From Myxococcota bacterium (GTDB lineage: Bacteria > Myxococcota_A > Polyangia > Polyangiales > Sandaracinaceae): a DNA stretch of 35,340 nucleotides. Shown here in pieces: positions 1 through 11,906 of the stretch. The translations under genes and the position numbers were made by a program. Where the stretch lies: the NCBI GenBank assembly GCA_036149055.1, contig JAYZQJ010000252.1, positions 1 to 35,340 on the forward strand. The letters run 5' to 3'. Each line of letters opens with the position of its first letter. The first letter of the stretch is position 1. The notes below the pieces were generated by a model. That model worked only from the letters and a program-made list of their open reading frames with translations, made no database searches and was not told the origin of the DNA.

Positions 1-35
1 TCCCCGCTGCCGCTCCCCGCCCCCGCAGCCGCCCC

Positions 36-1295
36 CTACTCGAGCACGATCCCCCGACTCACAGCCCCATAGTGCCCCCGGCTCGCCCGAAGCATCGCCG
101 AGTACACCCCCACCTCCCCCTCCACGCGAACCGCCCAGTCAATCTCCTGCCCCGGCTCGAGCCCACGCTCCAAAACCACCACCTCCTCGATCCCCGGCGC
201 CTCCCGATCCACCCCCCGCGTGTCCCCACACGCCACCGCCCGCGTCAACACCACGCTCGGGCGCCCCGCCGCCGGATCGACGCGCCCACGGAGCCGAAGC
301 CACCGCGTCTCCCGCGACGCCTCCAGCTCGCCCCCCTCCGCGTACGCGTCGAGGAACAGCACCGACTCCCCGTCCCCGAGCGCCACCCGCCCTGCGCGAA
401 GGCCGGCCACGATCGCGGGCCAGGTCCGCGCCTCGGCGAACACGTGGGTGCGCGGGAAGCCGAGCGCGGGGTGCAGCGTCTCCCCCGGCGGCTCCGTGTG
501 CACGCGGTGGCAGTCGCTCGCCGCGATCGGCGTCACGGCGCGCCCCTGGAGGAGATCGCAGCGCCAGGCGTCGTGGCCGCGGAGATCGAGGGCGTCGAGG
601 CCCGCCGTCCCGTTCCAGACCTCCACCGCGTCGTAGTCGAAGCTCGTCCAGTCGAAGCTCGTCCAGGGCGTGCCCCAGGGATGGTTCAGCACGACGAAGC
701 AGCCACGCTCCCGCGCCTGAGCCAGCGTCTCCGCCCCCGTCACCGCGCCCCGCGGGCGGTCGACGATGGCGCCGGAGCGATCGAACGCCTCGAGGTCCGC
801 GGGCACGCAGCCGACGTGGCCGGTGGGCTCGGTCGGCGGGTCGCCGTCCGCGACCGGGCTGAGCTCGTTGCCGTCGACCATCAGGAAGGCGCCCGGCTCG
901 CTCAGTCGGTTCGCCTCGTCCCAGTAGGGGAACTCCGGGCCCATGTTGAAGAGCGCCGGATCCTCCTCGGTGGTGCTCACGTCGCTCCCGGTGCTGTTGC
1001 TGTGGTCGGTCAGCACCACGAAGAACAGCCCTCGCTCGCGCGCGATCCGCGCGATGTCCTCGGGGAACGAGTCGCCGCCGGTGTCGTTGCTCGCGCCGGT
1101 CGCGTGCACGTGCAGATCCCCCGCGAGCCACTCGCCGGGCGGGTCGGCGGCGAGGTCGAGGGTGGAAGGATCGATCGCCTCGCCGATCCCTCCGGCGTCC
1201 GGAGGGCCGGAGTCCGGCGGGCCCGCGTCGGGGGGCGACGGATCGCCCTGACAGGCCGCGAGGAGCAGGGCGAGGGACAGCGTTCGCGCGTGCAT
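36..1295 (-). CDS. PHP-domain (CehA/McbA-like) metallohydrolase lipoprotein
   Basis: ATG at 1295, lipobox LLLAAC. PHP motifs GDLHVH, LTDH, GNEL, GHVG, NHP, VEVWNG, ASDCH. The upstream part of the 1302-aa ORF is antisense shadow of the Clp gene. Confidence 0.8.
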   Translation of the reverse strand: MHARTLSLALLLAACQGDPSPPDAGPPDSGPPDAGGIGEAIDPSTLDLAADPPGEWLAGDLHVHATGASNDTGGDSFPEDIARIARERGLFFVVLTDHSNSTGSDVSTTEEDPALFNMGPEFPYWDEANRLSEPGAFLMVDGNELSPVADGDPPTEPTGHVGCVPADLEAFDRSGAIVDRPRGAVTGAETLAQARERGCFVVLNHPWGTPWTSFDWTSFDYDAVEVWNGTAGLDALDLRGHDAWRCDLLQGRAVTPIAASDCHRVHTEPPGETLHPALGFPRTHVFAEARTWPAIVAGLRAGRVALGDGESVLFLDAYAEGGELEASRETRWLRLRGRVDPAAGRPSVVLTRAVACGDTRGVDREAPGIEEVVVLERGLEPGQEIDWAVRVEGEVGVYSAMLRASRGHYGAVSRGIVLE

Positions 1296-1388
1296 CGGGA
1301 TCGAGGATGACGCATCCGCCCCGGCGCGCGTGTCGAAAACTTGGCCTCCCGGATCCTCCCCGGTATCGCGGGGGGAGGCGGAGGAAGC

Positions 1389-3893
<2,505 letters not shown>

Positions 3894-3956
3894 GCGACGC
3901 ACTCCAGAGTAGGTCCGACGCTTACACCGCGGGTGCGATTTCACCCTAGGTGTTCG

Positions 3957-3985
3957 TTGACAGGTTCAGGAACGCCGACGACAAT
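3957..3985 (+). promoter_or_regulatory. Putative sigma70-type promoter for the kinase cluster
   Basis: TTGACA (3957-3962), 17 nt spacer, GACAAT (3980-3985), in an AT-richer patch. Confidence 0.55.
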
Positions 3986-3991
3986 CCGTTG

Positions 3992-5710
3992 GTGGGTCCC
4001 GAGTTGGACGAGTCGGACGAAGTCCTCGGGACGGTGAGAGCGATCGAGGCGACCCGGTTCGGGGGCTACACGCTCGTCGCCAAGCTGGGACAGGGCGCCA
4101 TGGCCGAGGTCATGCTGGCGCTCCGGACCGGCCAGGGTGGCTTCCAGAAGCTGGTGGTCATCAAGCGCATGCACGCGCACCTCCTGCAGGAGCCGGGCGT
4201 GCGCGAGATGTTCATGGACGAGGCCCGGCTCGCGGCGCTGCTCGCCCACCCCAACGTCGTCCAGACCAACGAGGTCGGCGAGGTCCAGGGGCTCCCGTTC
4301 ATGGCGATGGAGTACCTGGACGGTCAGCCGCTCTCGCACGTGCTCGCCCGGTGCAAGGAGCTCGGTGAGCCGCTGCCGCCGCCGGTGCTCGCCCGGTTGA
4401 TCACCGACGCGCTCGACGGCCTTCAGCACGCTCACGAGCTGCGCGATCTCGAAGGCAACCCGCTCGGCGTGGTCCATCGGGACGTGTCCCCGCACAACCT
4501 CTTCGTCGGCTACAACGGCGTCACGAAGGTCCTCGACTTCGGCGTCGCCAAGGCCGCGATGCAGGTGGCGCGGACCGAGCACGGCGCGATCAAGGGCAAG
4601 TACGCTTACCTCTCGCCCGAGCAGGCCGAGCAGCGCGAGGTGGACGCGCGCTCCGACGTGTGGGGCATGGGCGTCGTGCTCTGGGAGTGCCTGACCGGCC
4701 GCCGGCTCTTCAAGCGGGACACCGAGGTGGCGACCATTCGCGCGGTGACCGAGGACGAGATCCCGCCGACGCGCTCGGTGGCGATCGACGCGCCCGAGAC
4801 GCTCGCGCGGATCGCGGACCGCGCGCTGAGCCGCGACCTGTCCGAGCGCTACGCCTCGGCGGCGGAGATGCGCGACGAGCTCGAGGCGTATCTGCGAGGG
4901 CTGCCCGAGCCGACCCGGCACCGCGACGTGGGCCGACAGCTCCGGGAGATGTTCGAGGAGGCGATCGCGCTCCGGCGGGACGCCATCGCCGCGTGCGTGA
5001 AGGGCGAGATGGGCGACGTCTCGCAGGCCTTCGTGCTCGGGGGCGACGGCTCCTACTCCTACTCCGCCACCGGCACCGAGGCGGTCCGGTCCCGCACCAA
5101 CCGCTGGCTGGTGGCCCTGGTCGTGCTGCTCGCCGCCGGGCTGACCGGGGCGATGGGCTGGATCGCCACCCGCGCGCCGGACGCGCCCGCGCTCGCCGCC
5201 GACGAGCAGCCCGCGATCGCGACCGCCGCCGCGCCCGTCGAGGCGCCCGCCGAGGTCGCCGCCGCGCCCGCCGAGGTCGCCGACGACGTCGAGCCCTCGG
5301 CGGCGGATCAGGCCGCGCCGACCGAGGACTCGGCCGAGGCCGCGCCGGAGGACGGGGCGGAGGCCGCGCCGGAGGACGCGCCGGCGGACCGGGCGGCGGT
5401 GGAGACCGCGCGGGCCGAGTCCCCGCGCCGATCGCGCCGTCGGCGACCGCGCCGCGCGCCCCGCCCCTCGGCAGACGAGGCCGCGCCCGCGCCCCGCGCC
5501 GCGCCGGGCTTCCTGTTCCTCGACACCACGCCCTGGACCGAGGTCAGCCTGGGCGGCCGCCGGCTCGGCAACACGCCGCTGATGCGCGTGGAGCTCCCGC
5601 CCGGTCAGCACACGCTGCTGCTCCGCAACCCGGAGCAGGGCATCGAGCAGCGGTACATGGTGGAGATCGCGTCCGGCGAGACCACGCGTCGGCGGGTGGG
5701 GTTGCGTTGA
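3992..5710 (+). CDS. Membrane Ser/Thr protein kinase with C-terminal PEGA-like domain
   Basis: LGQGAMAEV, VIK, HRDVSPHN, DFG, YLSPE; TM helix WLVALVVLLAAGL; Ala/Pro linker; C-terminal PWTEV..GNTP..LPPGQH. Start uncertain (3950, 3992, 4004 or 4034). Confidence 0.88.
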   Translation: MGPELDESDEVLGTVRAIEATRFGGYTLVAKLGQGAMAEVMLALRTGQGGFQKLVVIKRMHAHLLQEPGVREMFMDEARLAALLAHPNVVQTNEVGEVQGLPFMAMEYLDGQPLSHVLARCKELGEPLPPPVLARLITDALDGLQHAHELRDLEGNPLGVVHRDVSPHNLFVGYNGVTKVLDFGVAKAAMQVARTEHGAIKGKYAYLSPEQAEQREVDARSDVWGMGVVLWECLTGRRLFKRDTEVATIRAVTEDEIPPTRSVAIDAPETLARIADRALSRDLSERYASAAEMRDELEAYLRGLPEPTRHRDVGRQLREMFEEAIALRRDAIAACVKGEMGDVSQAFVLGGDGSYSYSATGTEAVRSRTNRWLVALVVLLAAGLTGAMGWIATRAPDAPALAADEQPAIATAAAPVEAPAEVAAAPAEVADDVEPSAADQAAPTEDSAEAAPEDGAEAAPEDAPADRAAVETARAESPRRSRRRRPRRAPRPSADEAAPAPRAAPGFLFLDTTPWTEVSLGGRRLGNTPLMRVELPPGQHTLLLRNPEQGIEQRYMVEIASGETTRRRVGLR

Positions 5711-6714
5711 TCCGGATCTCGCTCTGTCTCGCGCTCCTCTGGGTCTCTGCCTCGGCGCCTGCGGCGGCGCAGGATCGCCTCGCCGAGGCGGAGGAGGCCT
5801 ACCTCGAGGTGGACTTCCCTCGCGCGCGGGCGCTGGCCCGAGAGGCGCTCGAGGAGGGCGGCCACTCGCCCGGCGACGTGGCCCGCATCTATCGCCTGAT
5901 CGCCATCGCGGCGGCGGCCGACGGAGACGACCCGGTGGCCCGCGACGCCTTCGCCCGGATGATCGCGCTGGGCGCGGACGAGGACGGGGCCGACCTGTCG
6001 CCGCGCCTTCGCCAGCCGCTGCTGGAGGCGCAGGGCGCGTGGGCGGCGCGCGACGGCGACTTCCGCGTCGAGGCGCGTCGGCTCCGCGGCGATCGAGGGC
6101 TCGCGCTGCGCCTCGAAGATCCGCTGAACATGGCCGCGCGGGTGGTCGCGGTGGCTCGCCTCGAGGGCGCGGCGGAGCCCGCCCGGCTCGAGCTCGACGC
6201 GGCGGAGGAGCTGCACGTTCCGGTCGAGGGGCTCACCGCCGAGGCGTCGGTCGAGCTCCACGCCTGGGTCCTCGACGCCCACGGCAACCGCCTGCTGGAG
6301 CTGGGGAGCGCGATCGAGCCGCAGATGTTCGAGGGCGCGGCCGCGGTCTCCGAGCCGACCCCCGAGGCCCCGGCCCCGTCGGACGAGTGGCGGCTCTCGC
6401 CGTGGCTCCTCACCGTGCCCGTGGGGCTCACCGCCGTGTCCGCGGCGCTGCTGACGTGGTCGACGGTCGACGTGCTGCAGTCCCACGACGCCTACCTCGC
6501 CGACCCCACGCTCGACGGCTACTACGCCGGCCTCGACCTGCAGACCCGCACCAACGTCCTGATCGGGGTCACCGCGGGGCTCGCCGCGGTCAGCGTGGCC
6601 TGGGCGATCTTCCTCACCGACTGGGCCGACGAGGAGGAGCCCGCGCGCGCCGTGATCGCGCCGAGCGTCCTCCCTGCCGGCGTCGGCCTCACGATGCTGG
6701 GACGGTTCCGATGA
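5707..6714 (+). CDS. Exported TPR-like protein with C-terminal hydrophobic segments
   Basis: TTG start overlapping the kinase stop (TTGA); signal peptide ending AAA-Q; TPR-like helices; C-terminal hydrophobic helices and terminal beta-strand (GVGLTMLGRFR). Confidence 0.7.
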   Translation: MIRISLCLALLWVSASAPAAAQDRLAEAEEAYLEVDFPRARALAREALEEGGHSPGDVARIYRLIAIAAAADGDDPVARDAFARMIALGADEDGADLSPRLRQPLLEAQGAWAARDGDFRVEARRLRGDRGLALRLEDPLNMAARVVAVARLEGAAEPARLELDAAEELHVPVEGLTAEASVELHAWVLDAHGNRLLELGSAIEPQMFEGAAAVSEPTPEAPAPSDEWRLSPWLLTVPVGLTAVSAALLTWSTVDVLQSHDAYLADPTLDGYYAGLDLQTRTNVLIGVTAGLAAVSVAWAIFLTDWADEEEPARAVIAPSVLPAGVGLTMLGRFR

Positions 6715-7724
6715 TCCGGTGGTGCGCGATCGCGCTGCTCCTGGTGGGCTGCGACATCTACGACATCGGGCCGGCCCTCGCGGCGCTCGACGCGGGCGGC
6801 GGAGAGCCTTCGCTCGCGGTCTACGATCGCTGCGGGCCCGATCCGCTCGAGGCGCTCACCGGCGGCGGCGGCACCGTGCGACTGAACCTGGCGGAGCTCG
6901 AGGACGACGAGCGCTCGCTGACGGGCTGCGACGGCCGCGGGCTCTCGGGGGCCGACGCCTTCGTCGCGATCGACGCGGAGCCCGGCGACCGCTGGACGGT
7001 GGTGGCCGAGCCGCTCGACACCCAGACCGACGTCGTCGTCTACACGATGCCGCTCTGCGACCCCGGCGCGTGCACCACGCTCGTCGATCGCTGCGGGCCC
7101 GGCATCCTCGAGACCTTCGTCTTCGAGCCGGAGGAGGCGGGCCAGCACGTGCTCGGCTTCGACAGCTATCGCGGCGGCGGCGAGCTGGACCTGACCGTCG
7201 TCCAGACGACGTGCGGCGACCGACGCCGCGAGCCCGGCGAGGGCTGCGACGACGGCAACGAGATCGACGGCGACGGCTGCGACTCCTCCTGCCGCCTCGA
7301 GATCTCGCTCGACCGCCTCCGGGAGATCGAGCCCAACAACGAGACCTCCGAGGCCAACGTCGCCCCGACGGAGATGGGCGAGGCGCGCTCGATGGTGGGG
7401 CGGCTCGGCGGGGCCTGCGACGTCGACGTCTTCGCCGTCCGCGTCACCGAGCGGGCCAGCCTCTCGGTCATCATGCTCGACGGCGCCGAGCTCCCCTGTG
7501 AGGAGGGGACGCCGGAGGTGACCATGACGCTGCTCGGCGAGCGCGGGCTCGTGCGTCGCGGGGCCGGCACGCTCGGGCGCGCGGGAGGCGCCTGCCCGAG
7601 CATCGAGCCCGGCGACGCGTTCGCCGAGGGCCTCGATCCCGGCGTCTACTTCGTCGCGCTCTCCGCCGCCCGCGGGGTGCCGACGCTGGACTACCACCTC
7701 GCGCTGGAGCTGACGGCCGAGTGA
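6711..7724 (+). CDS. Cys-rich lipoprotein with Myxococcus cysteine-rich repeat (DUF4215-like) and PPC-like domains
   Basis: ATGA overlap; lipobox LLVGC; CGD..EGCDDGNEIDGDGCDSSC repeat; EIEPNN start of a beta-sandwich domain. Confidence 0.75.
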   Translation: MIRWCAIALLLVGCDIYDIGPALAALDAGGGEPSLAVYDRCGPDPLEALTGGGGTVRLNLAELEDDERSLTGCDGRGLSGADAFVAIDAEPGDRWTVVAEPLDTQTDVVVYTMPLCDPGACTTLVDRCGPGILETFVFEPEEAGQHVLGFDSYRGGGELDLTVVQTTCGDRRREPGEGCDDGNEIDGDGCDSSCRLEISLDRLREIEPNNETSEANVAPTEMGEARSMVGRLGGACDVDVFAVRVTERASLSVIMLDGAELPCEEGTPEVTMTLLGERGLVRRGAGTLGRAGGACPSIEPGDAFAEGLDPGVYFVALSAARGVPTLDYHLALELTAE

Positions 7725-7745
7725 TCGATCCCAGGGGGAAGAGCC

Positions 7746-8900
7746 ATGTCGAGAAGTTTTGTCACTCTGATCCTCTTCGCGGCGCTGACCGCGTGTGACG
7801 GCGGCGCCGCCCCGGCCGGGACGCCCGACGACCCGGTGCGGGTGGTGTTCCAGTCCAAGTGGTTCCCGCAGGCGCAGTTCGCCGGCTACTACGCGGCCGG
7901 CGGTCACCCCGAGGGCGAGGCCGCGGGGGCCATGGTCCCGCGCGAGGGCGGCTACACGTTCTACGAGCAAGAGGGCCTCGACGTCGTCGTGCTCGACGGC
8001 GGAGGCGTGAACCCCTCGGGCGCGGTCGCGAGCGGGGAGGCGCAGTTCGGCACCGACTGGATCGCGAACATGGTCCGCGAGGTCGAGGAGAACGACCACG
8101 AGCTCCGCCACGTCGCGCAGATCTTCCAGCGCCCCGGCTTCGAGATGGTCGGGCTGGCCGACAGCGGGGTCACGGGCTTCGACGACCTCCGGGGCAGCAC
8201 GATCGGCGTGTGGGACTTCGGCAACGAGTACCCGGTGCAGGTCTGCTTGCGAAGCCACGGCATCACGAGCGACCTCGACGACGACCTGCCGCCGGGCCAG
8301 GAGCCCGACGTGACGACCCTCTCGTACGCCTTCGATCCCGGGCTGGTCTTCCCGGACGACGTCGCGATGGCCAGCGCCATGGTCTACAACGAGCTCGACC
8401 AGATCGTCGGCCTCGGCCACCCCCTCGACGCGCTGGTGCGCCTGCCGACGGCCGAGCACGGCTGCGGGCTGCTCGAGGACTTCATCTTCACGACCCAGGC
8501 GCTCCTGGACGACCCGGACTTCGAGGGGACCGGCATCTCGGGGCGCGAGATCGCCGAGCGCTTCATCCGCGCCACGCTGCGCGGCTGGGCCTGGGTCATC
8601 GAGGAGGGGAACCGGGAGCAGGCGACCGAGCTCGTGCTCGCGCTCTGCGGCGACACCTGCGACGGGTCCGGCTCGAGGCAGGACCCGCGGGTCCACCAGA
8701 GCTGGCAGCTCGAGCGCGTGTCCGAGCTGGTGCAGCCGGGCCTGCTCGGCGAGCCGGAGGTGACGCCGGGCTGCCTGGACCGGGCGGACTACGACGAGAC
8801 CCTGCGGCTGCTCCGCGACGTGGGCTTCGTGCGGGAAGGTTCCGGGGACGACCTGCTGCGTCCCGACGTGCTCGATGGTGCGGGCGTGAGCTGTCCATGA
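7746..8900 (+). CDS. NMT1/THI5 (SsuA-like) solute-binding lipoprotein
   Basis: Lipobox LTAC; KWFPQAQFAGYYAA, FYEQEGLDV, VASGEAQFG, FIRATLRGW. Confidence 0.8.
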   Translation: MSRSFVTLILFAALTACDGGAAPAGTPDDPVRVVFQSKWFPQAQFAGYYAAGGHPEGEAAGAMVPREGGYTFYEQEGLDVVVLDGGGVNPSGAVASGEAQFGTDWIANMVREVEENDHELRHVAQIFQRPGFEMVGLADSGVTGFDDLRGSTIGVWDFGNEYPVQVCLRSHGITSDLDDDLPPGQEPDVTTLSYAFDPGLVFPDDVAMASAMVYNELDQIVGLGHPLDALVRLPTAEHGCGLLEDFIFTTQALLDDPDFEGTGISGREIAERFIRATLRGWAWVIEEGNREQATELVLALCGDTCDGSGSRQDPRVHQSWQLERVSELVQPGLLGEPEVTPGCLDRADYDETLRLLRDVGFVREGSGDDLLRPDVLDGAGVSCP

Positions 8901-8910
8901 GAGGTGTGAA

Positions 8911-9282
8911 GTGAGCAAGGACGCCCTTTTCGAACGCGTCGTCGAGCTCTGCGGGTTCTCCGCCTACGTCGGTCCGGGCGCGGTGCGTCGCGCCCTGGCG
9001 GAGGCGGGCCAGGAGCCAGCCGGCGGCGTCGACGCGTACCGCGCTGCGCTCCCCGCGCTGAAGCGGAGACTCGAGGTGTACGTCTCGGAGGAGGACGCGG
9101 CGGCGCGCGTCGCGAAGATCGAGGCGTTCCTGGCGGGCGTGGAGGCGCGCGGAGGGCGGGTCGCCGTGGCCGCCGCCGAGGCGGCGCAGACGGACGAGGA
9201 GACCCAGTGGGGCAAACGCCGCTTCGGGCGCACCGTCCAGATCCTCAAGTCGGCGCGAGGCGAGCTCGATCCCGAAGGGTGA
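8911..9282 (+). CDS. Small hypothetical protein
   Basis: GAGG RBS then GTG; genome-like codon usage; helical 123 aa. Confidence 0.65.
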   Translation: MSKDALFERVVELCGFSAYVGPGAVRRALAEAGQEPAGGVDAYRAALPALKRRLEVYVSEEDAAARVAKIEAFLAGVEARGGRVAVAAAEAAQTDEETQWGKRRFGRTVQILKSARGELDPEG

Positions 9283-9303
9283 CCTTGCGTTTCGGGGCCT
9301 TCC

Positions 9304-9319
9304 CTGGCACAAGCGCGGC
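9304..9319 (+). promoter_or_regulatory. Possible sigma54 promoter for the second kinase
   Basis: CTGGCAC with GG-N10-GC spacing; the -12 box is poor (CGGC instead of TTGC). Confidence 0.3.
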
Positions 9320-9342
9320 GGGAACCTGAGCTCTTGGGGAAC

Positions 9343-10608
9343 GTGGCCGCCAGCGCGGCCCGGGCGCAGGGGGAGGGCGCGGCCAACGCGGAGCACCTCC
9401 CGCGGCGCTTCGGGCGGTATCACCTCTTCGACCGCATCGGTCGCGGGGGCATGGCCGACATCTACCTCGCGCGCGTGCAGACCGAGCTCGGCGGCGCCCG
9501 CCGCGCGGTGGTGAAGCAGATCCTCCCCGCCCTGTCCGGCGACCCTCAGTTCGCGAAGATGCTGATCGACGAGGCCAAGCTCGTCGCCGGCCTCCGGCAC
9601 GCGAACGTCGTCCAGGTGCTCGACCTCGGGCGCGAGGGCGACCGGCTCTACATCGCGATGGAGTACGTCGAGGGCTACGACCTCAACCAGCTCCTCCGCC
9701 GGCTGAGCAAGCGGCGCATCCCGCTCCCGGCCGAGTTCGCCCTCTTCGTCGTGCGCGAGGCCCTCGCCGCGCTCGACTTCGCGCACCGCAAGCGCGACGA
9801 CGCCGGGGAGCCGCTCGGCATCGTGCACCGCGACGTCTCTCCCTCCAACGTGCTCATCAGCTTCGAGGGCGAGGTGAAGCTCTGCGACTTCGGCATCGCC
9901 AAGGCGCTCGGCACGACGGTGCGCGCCCCGGAGGCGCAGGAGGACGGCGAGTCCACCGGCGAGCGCTCCCGGGTGGCCGGCAAGGCGGCCTACATGTCGC
10001 CCGAGCACGCGCGCGGCGAGGAGCTCGACGGCCGGGCCGACGTCTTCGCGGCGGGCATCGTGCTCTGGGAGCTCTGCGCGGGGCGGCGCCTCTACAAGGG
10101 CACCGAGAGCGAGATGCTCGAGATGGCGAAGCGGGGCGAGGTCCCTCCGCTGCCGGACCGCGGTCTGCCCGAGCAAGCCGAGCTGCAGGCGATCCTCGAC
10201 CGCGCCCTCGCGCCTCGCCCGGAGGATCGCTTCGAGACCGCGAGCCAGTTCCTGCGCGCCCTCGACGACTACGCGATGACGGCCAAGCTCTTCGTCTCGC
10301 AGATCCGCTTCGGCAGCTTCCTCAGCGATCACTTCGAGGCCGACGTGGTGCTCCTTCGCCGTCAGCGGGAGCGCGCGGCCGAGGCGCTCGAGGCGGGGCC
10401 GCCCGTCGAGATCGAAGCCCTCGAGCGCCCCGCGCCCGCGGAGGACACCCGGGAGACGCCGTCCGCGCGTCCGCTCGCGGAGGAGACGACCAAGCGCCTC
10501 ACCGCGTCGGAGGCGGAGGGGCGCCGATCACCGATGCCGCTCGTCCTCGGCGTCGTGCTCTTCGCCCTCGCGCTCGCCGCCGCCCTGGTCTGGGCCGCGC
10601 TCCAGTAG
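9343..10608 (+). CDS. Ser/Thr protein kinase with C-terminal membrane anchor
   Basis: IGRGGMADI, VVK, HRDVSPSN, DFG, YMSPE; ends in a TM helix with no outer domain. Start 9334 or 9343. Confidence 0.9.
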   Translation: MAASAARAQGEGAANAEHLPRRFGRYHLFDRIGRGGMADIYLARVQTELGGARRAVVKQILPALSGDPQFAKMLIDEAKLVAGLRHANVVQVLDLGREGDRLYIAMEYVEGYDLNQLLRRLSKRRIPLPAEFALFVVREALAALDFAHRKRDDAGEPLGIVHRDVSPSNVLISFEGEVKLCDFGIAKALGTTVRAPEAQEDGESTGERSRVAGKAAYMSPEHARGEELDGRADVFAAGIVLWELCAGRRLYKGTESEMLEMAKRGEVPPLPDRGLPEQAELQAILDRALAPRPEDRFETASQFLRALDDYAMTAKLFVSQIRFGSFLSDHFEADVVLLRRQRERAAEALEAGPPVEIEALERPAPAEDTRETPSARPLAEETTKRLTASEAEGRRSPMPLVLGVVLFALALAAALVWAALQ

Positions 10609-11364
10609 CGCGCGCTCGACCTCGGCCGCCCGCTCCGGCGTCAGCCCCGCGTCGCGCGCGCACTCCAGGATGGCCGGCCCCACCGCGTCGTACGCGCGCC
10701 GCACACCCGGGTCGAGGGCCTCGAGCGCGTCGCGGTGTCGCCGCACCGTGGCCGCGTCACCGCGGATCACCGGCCCGCTCAGCGCGTTCGGCACGCCGAC
10801 GGTCTCCACGTTCTCGCCGACGGTCCGCAGCAGCGCGCCCATCGCCCGCTCCGCCTCGCGCCGGCCCATCCCGCGCGCCTCGAGCACCCGCACCGCGAGG
10901 GCCGCGAGCGCCGCGGCGCCGTTCGCTCCGAGGGCGGCCGCCGCGTGATACGCCGCGCCGTGGATCGACGCCTCGACCGGTCGCGCCCCGAGCGCGCGGG
11001 CCAGCCGGCGAGCCCGCTTCACCGCCTTCGGGTCCCCGTCGATGACGAAGGCCGCCCCCTTCAGGTGCGGCGGGCGCGCGGGATCCGCGAACGAGACGAG
11101 CGGGTGCATCACCCCGACCGAGGGCGCGCGCCCCTCGAGCGCCTCCGGGCCGAGGCTGCCCGAGCAGTGCACGAGCGCGCCCTTCACCCGGAGCCGCCCC
11201 GCCACCTCGCGCACCACCGGGTCCGGCACCGCGAGGACCACCAGGTCGCCCTTCGCCTTGCCCTCGGTCCGCCCGTCCACGAGCGTCACGTCGAGCGCCG
11301 CGATCCGCGCCCGCTTCGCGAGCCCGCGGCCCACCCGGCCTCGCCCGACGATCGTCACCTTCAT
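10528..11364 (-). CDS. Rossmann-like + DUF2520 protein (PanG-like oxidoreductase)
   Basis: MKVTIVGRGRVG, VLAVPD, VHCSGS, MHPLVSF, YHAAA, LSGPVIRGD; ATGA overlap with nadD. Confidence 0.85.
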   Translation of the reverse strand: MKVTIVGRGRVGRGLAKRARIAALDVTLVDGRTEGKAKGDLVVLAVPDPVVREVAGRLRVKGALVHCSGSLGPEALEGRAPSVGVMHPLVSFADPARPPHLKGAAFVIDGDPKAVKRARRLARALGARPVEASIHGAAYHAAAALGANGAAALAALAVRVLEARGMGRREAERAMGALLRTVGENVETVGVPNALSGPVIRGDAATVRRHRDALEALDPGVRRAYDAVGPAILECARDAGLTPERAAEVERALLERGPDQGGGEREGEEHDAEDERHR

Positions 11365-11906
11365 TCTTCGCCTCGATAGAGTTGATGGCGCGCCACGTAG
11401 CGCCGGACGGCCCGAGGGACGAGCGCGTCGACCTCCTCGCCCGCGCGCAGCCGTCGGCGGACCTCGGTGCTGCTGACGTCGGGCATGACGATGTCTTCGT
11501 GTCCCTCCGCGTGCCCTCCGCGGCCGACGACGAGCAGGGGCGCGAGCGCCGGGATGCGGTGGCCCTGGTGCCACCGCGGGATCTGCTCGACCAGGTCGGT
11601 GCCGACGACGAGCCGGAGCGACGCCCCGGTCGCGGCGAGCGCCTCGAGCGTGTCGATCATGTAGCTGGGGCCGGCGCGCTGGGCCTCGATCCGACTGATC
11701 CGAGCGCCGCGCACCGGCGCGAACGCGAGCTCGCTCATGCGCAGCCGGTGGGGGAAGGGAGTGAGGGCCTTGCCGAAGGCGTGGCTGCCGGTCGGGACCA
11801 CCACCACCTCGTCGACGTCAGTCGCGCTGAGCACCCAGGTCGCCGCGAGCACGTGGCCGACGTGCGGCGGGTCGAAGCTCCCCCCGAAGACCGCGAGCGT
11901 GGTCAT
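11361..11906 (-). CDS. nadD: Nicotinate-nucleotide adenylyltransferase
   Basis: FGGSFDPPHVGH (HxGH), SYMIDTL, VGTD..W, VSSTEVR. Confidence 0.9.
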   Translation of the reverse strand: MTTLAVFGGSFDPPHVGHVLAATWVLSATDVDEVVVVPTGSHAFGKALTPFPHRLRMSELAFAPVRGARISRIEAQRAGPSYMIDTLEALAATGASLRLVVGTDLVEQIPRWHQGHRIPALAPLLVVGRGGHAEGHEDIVMPDVSSTEVRRRLRAGEEVDALVPRAVRRYVARHQLYRGEE

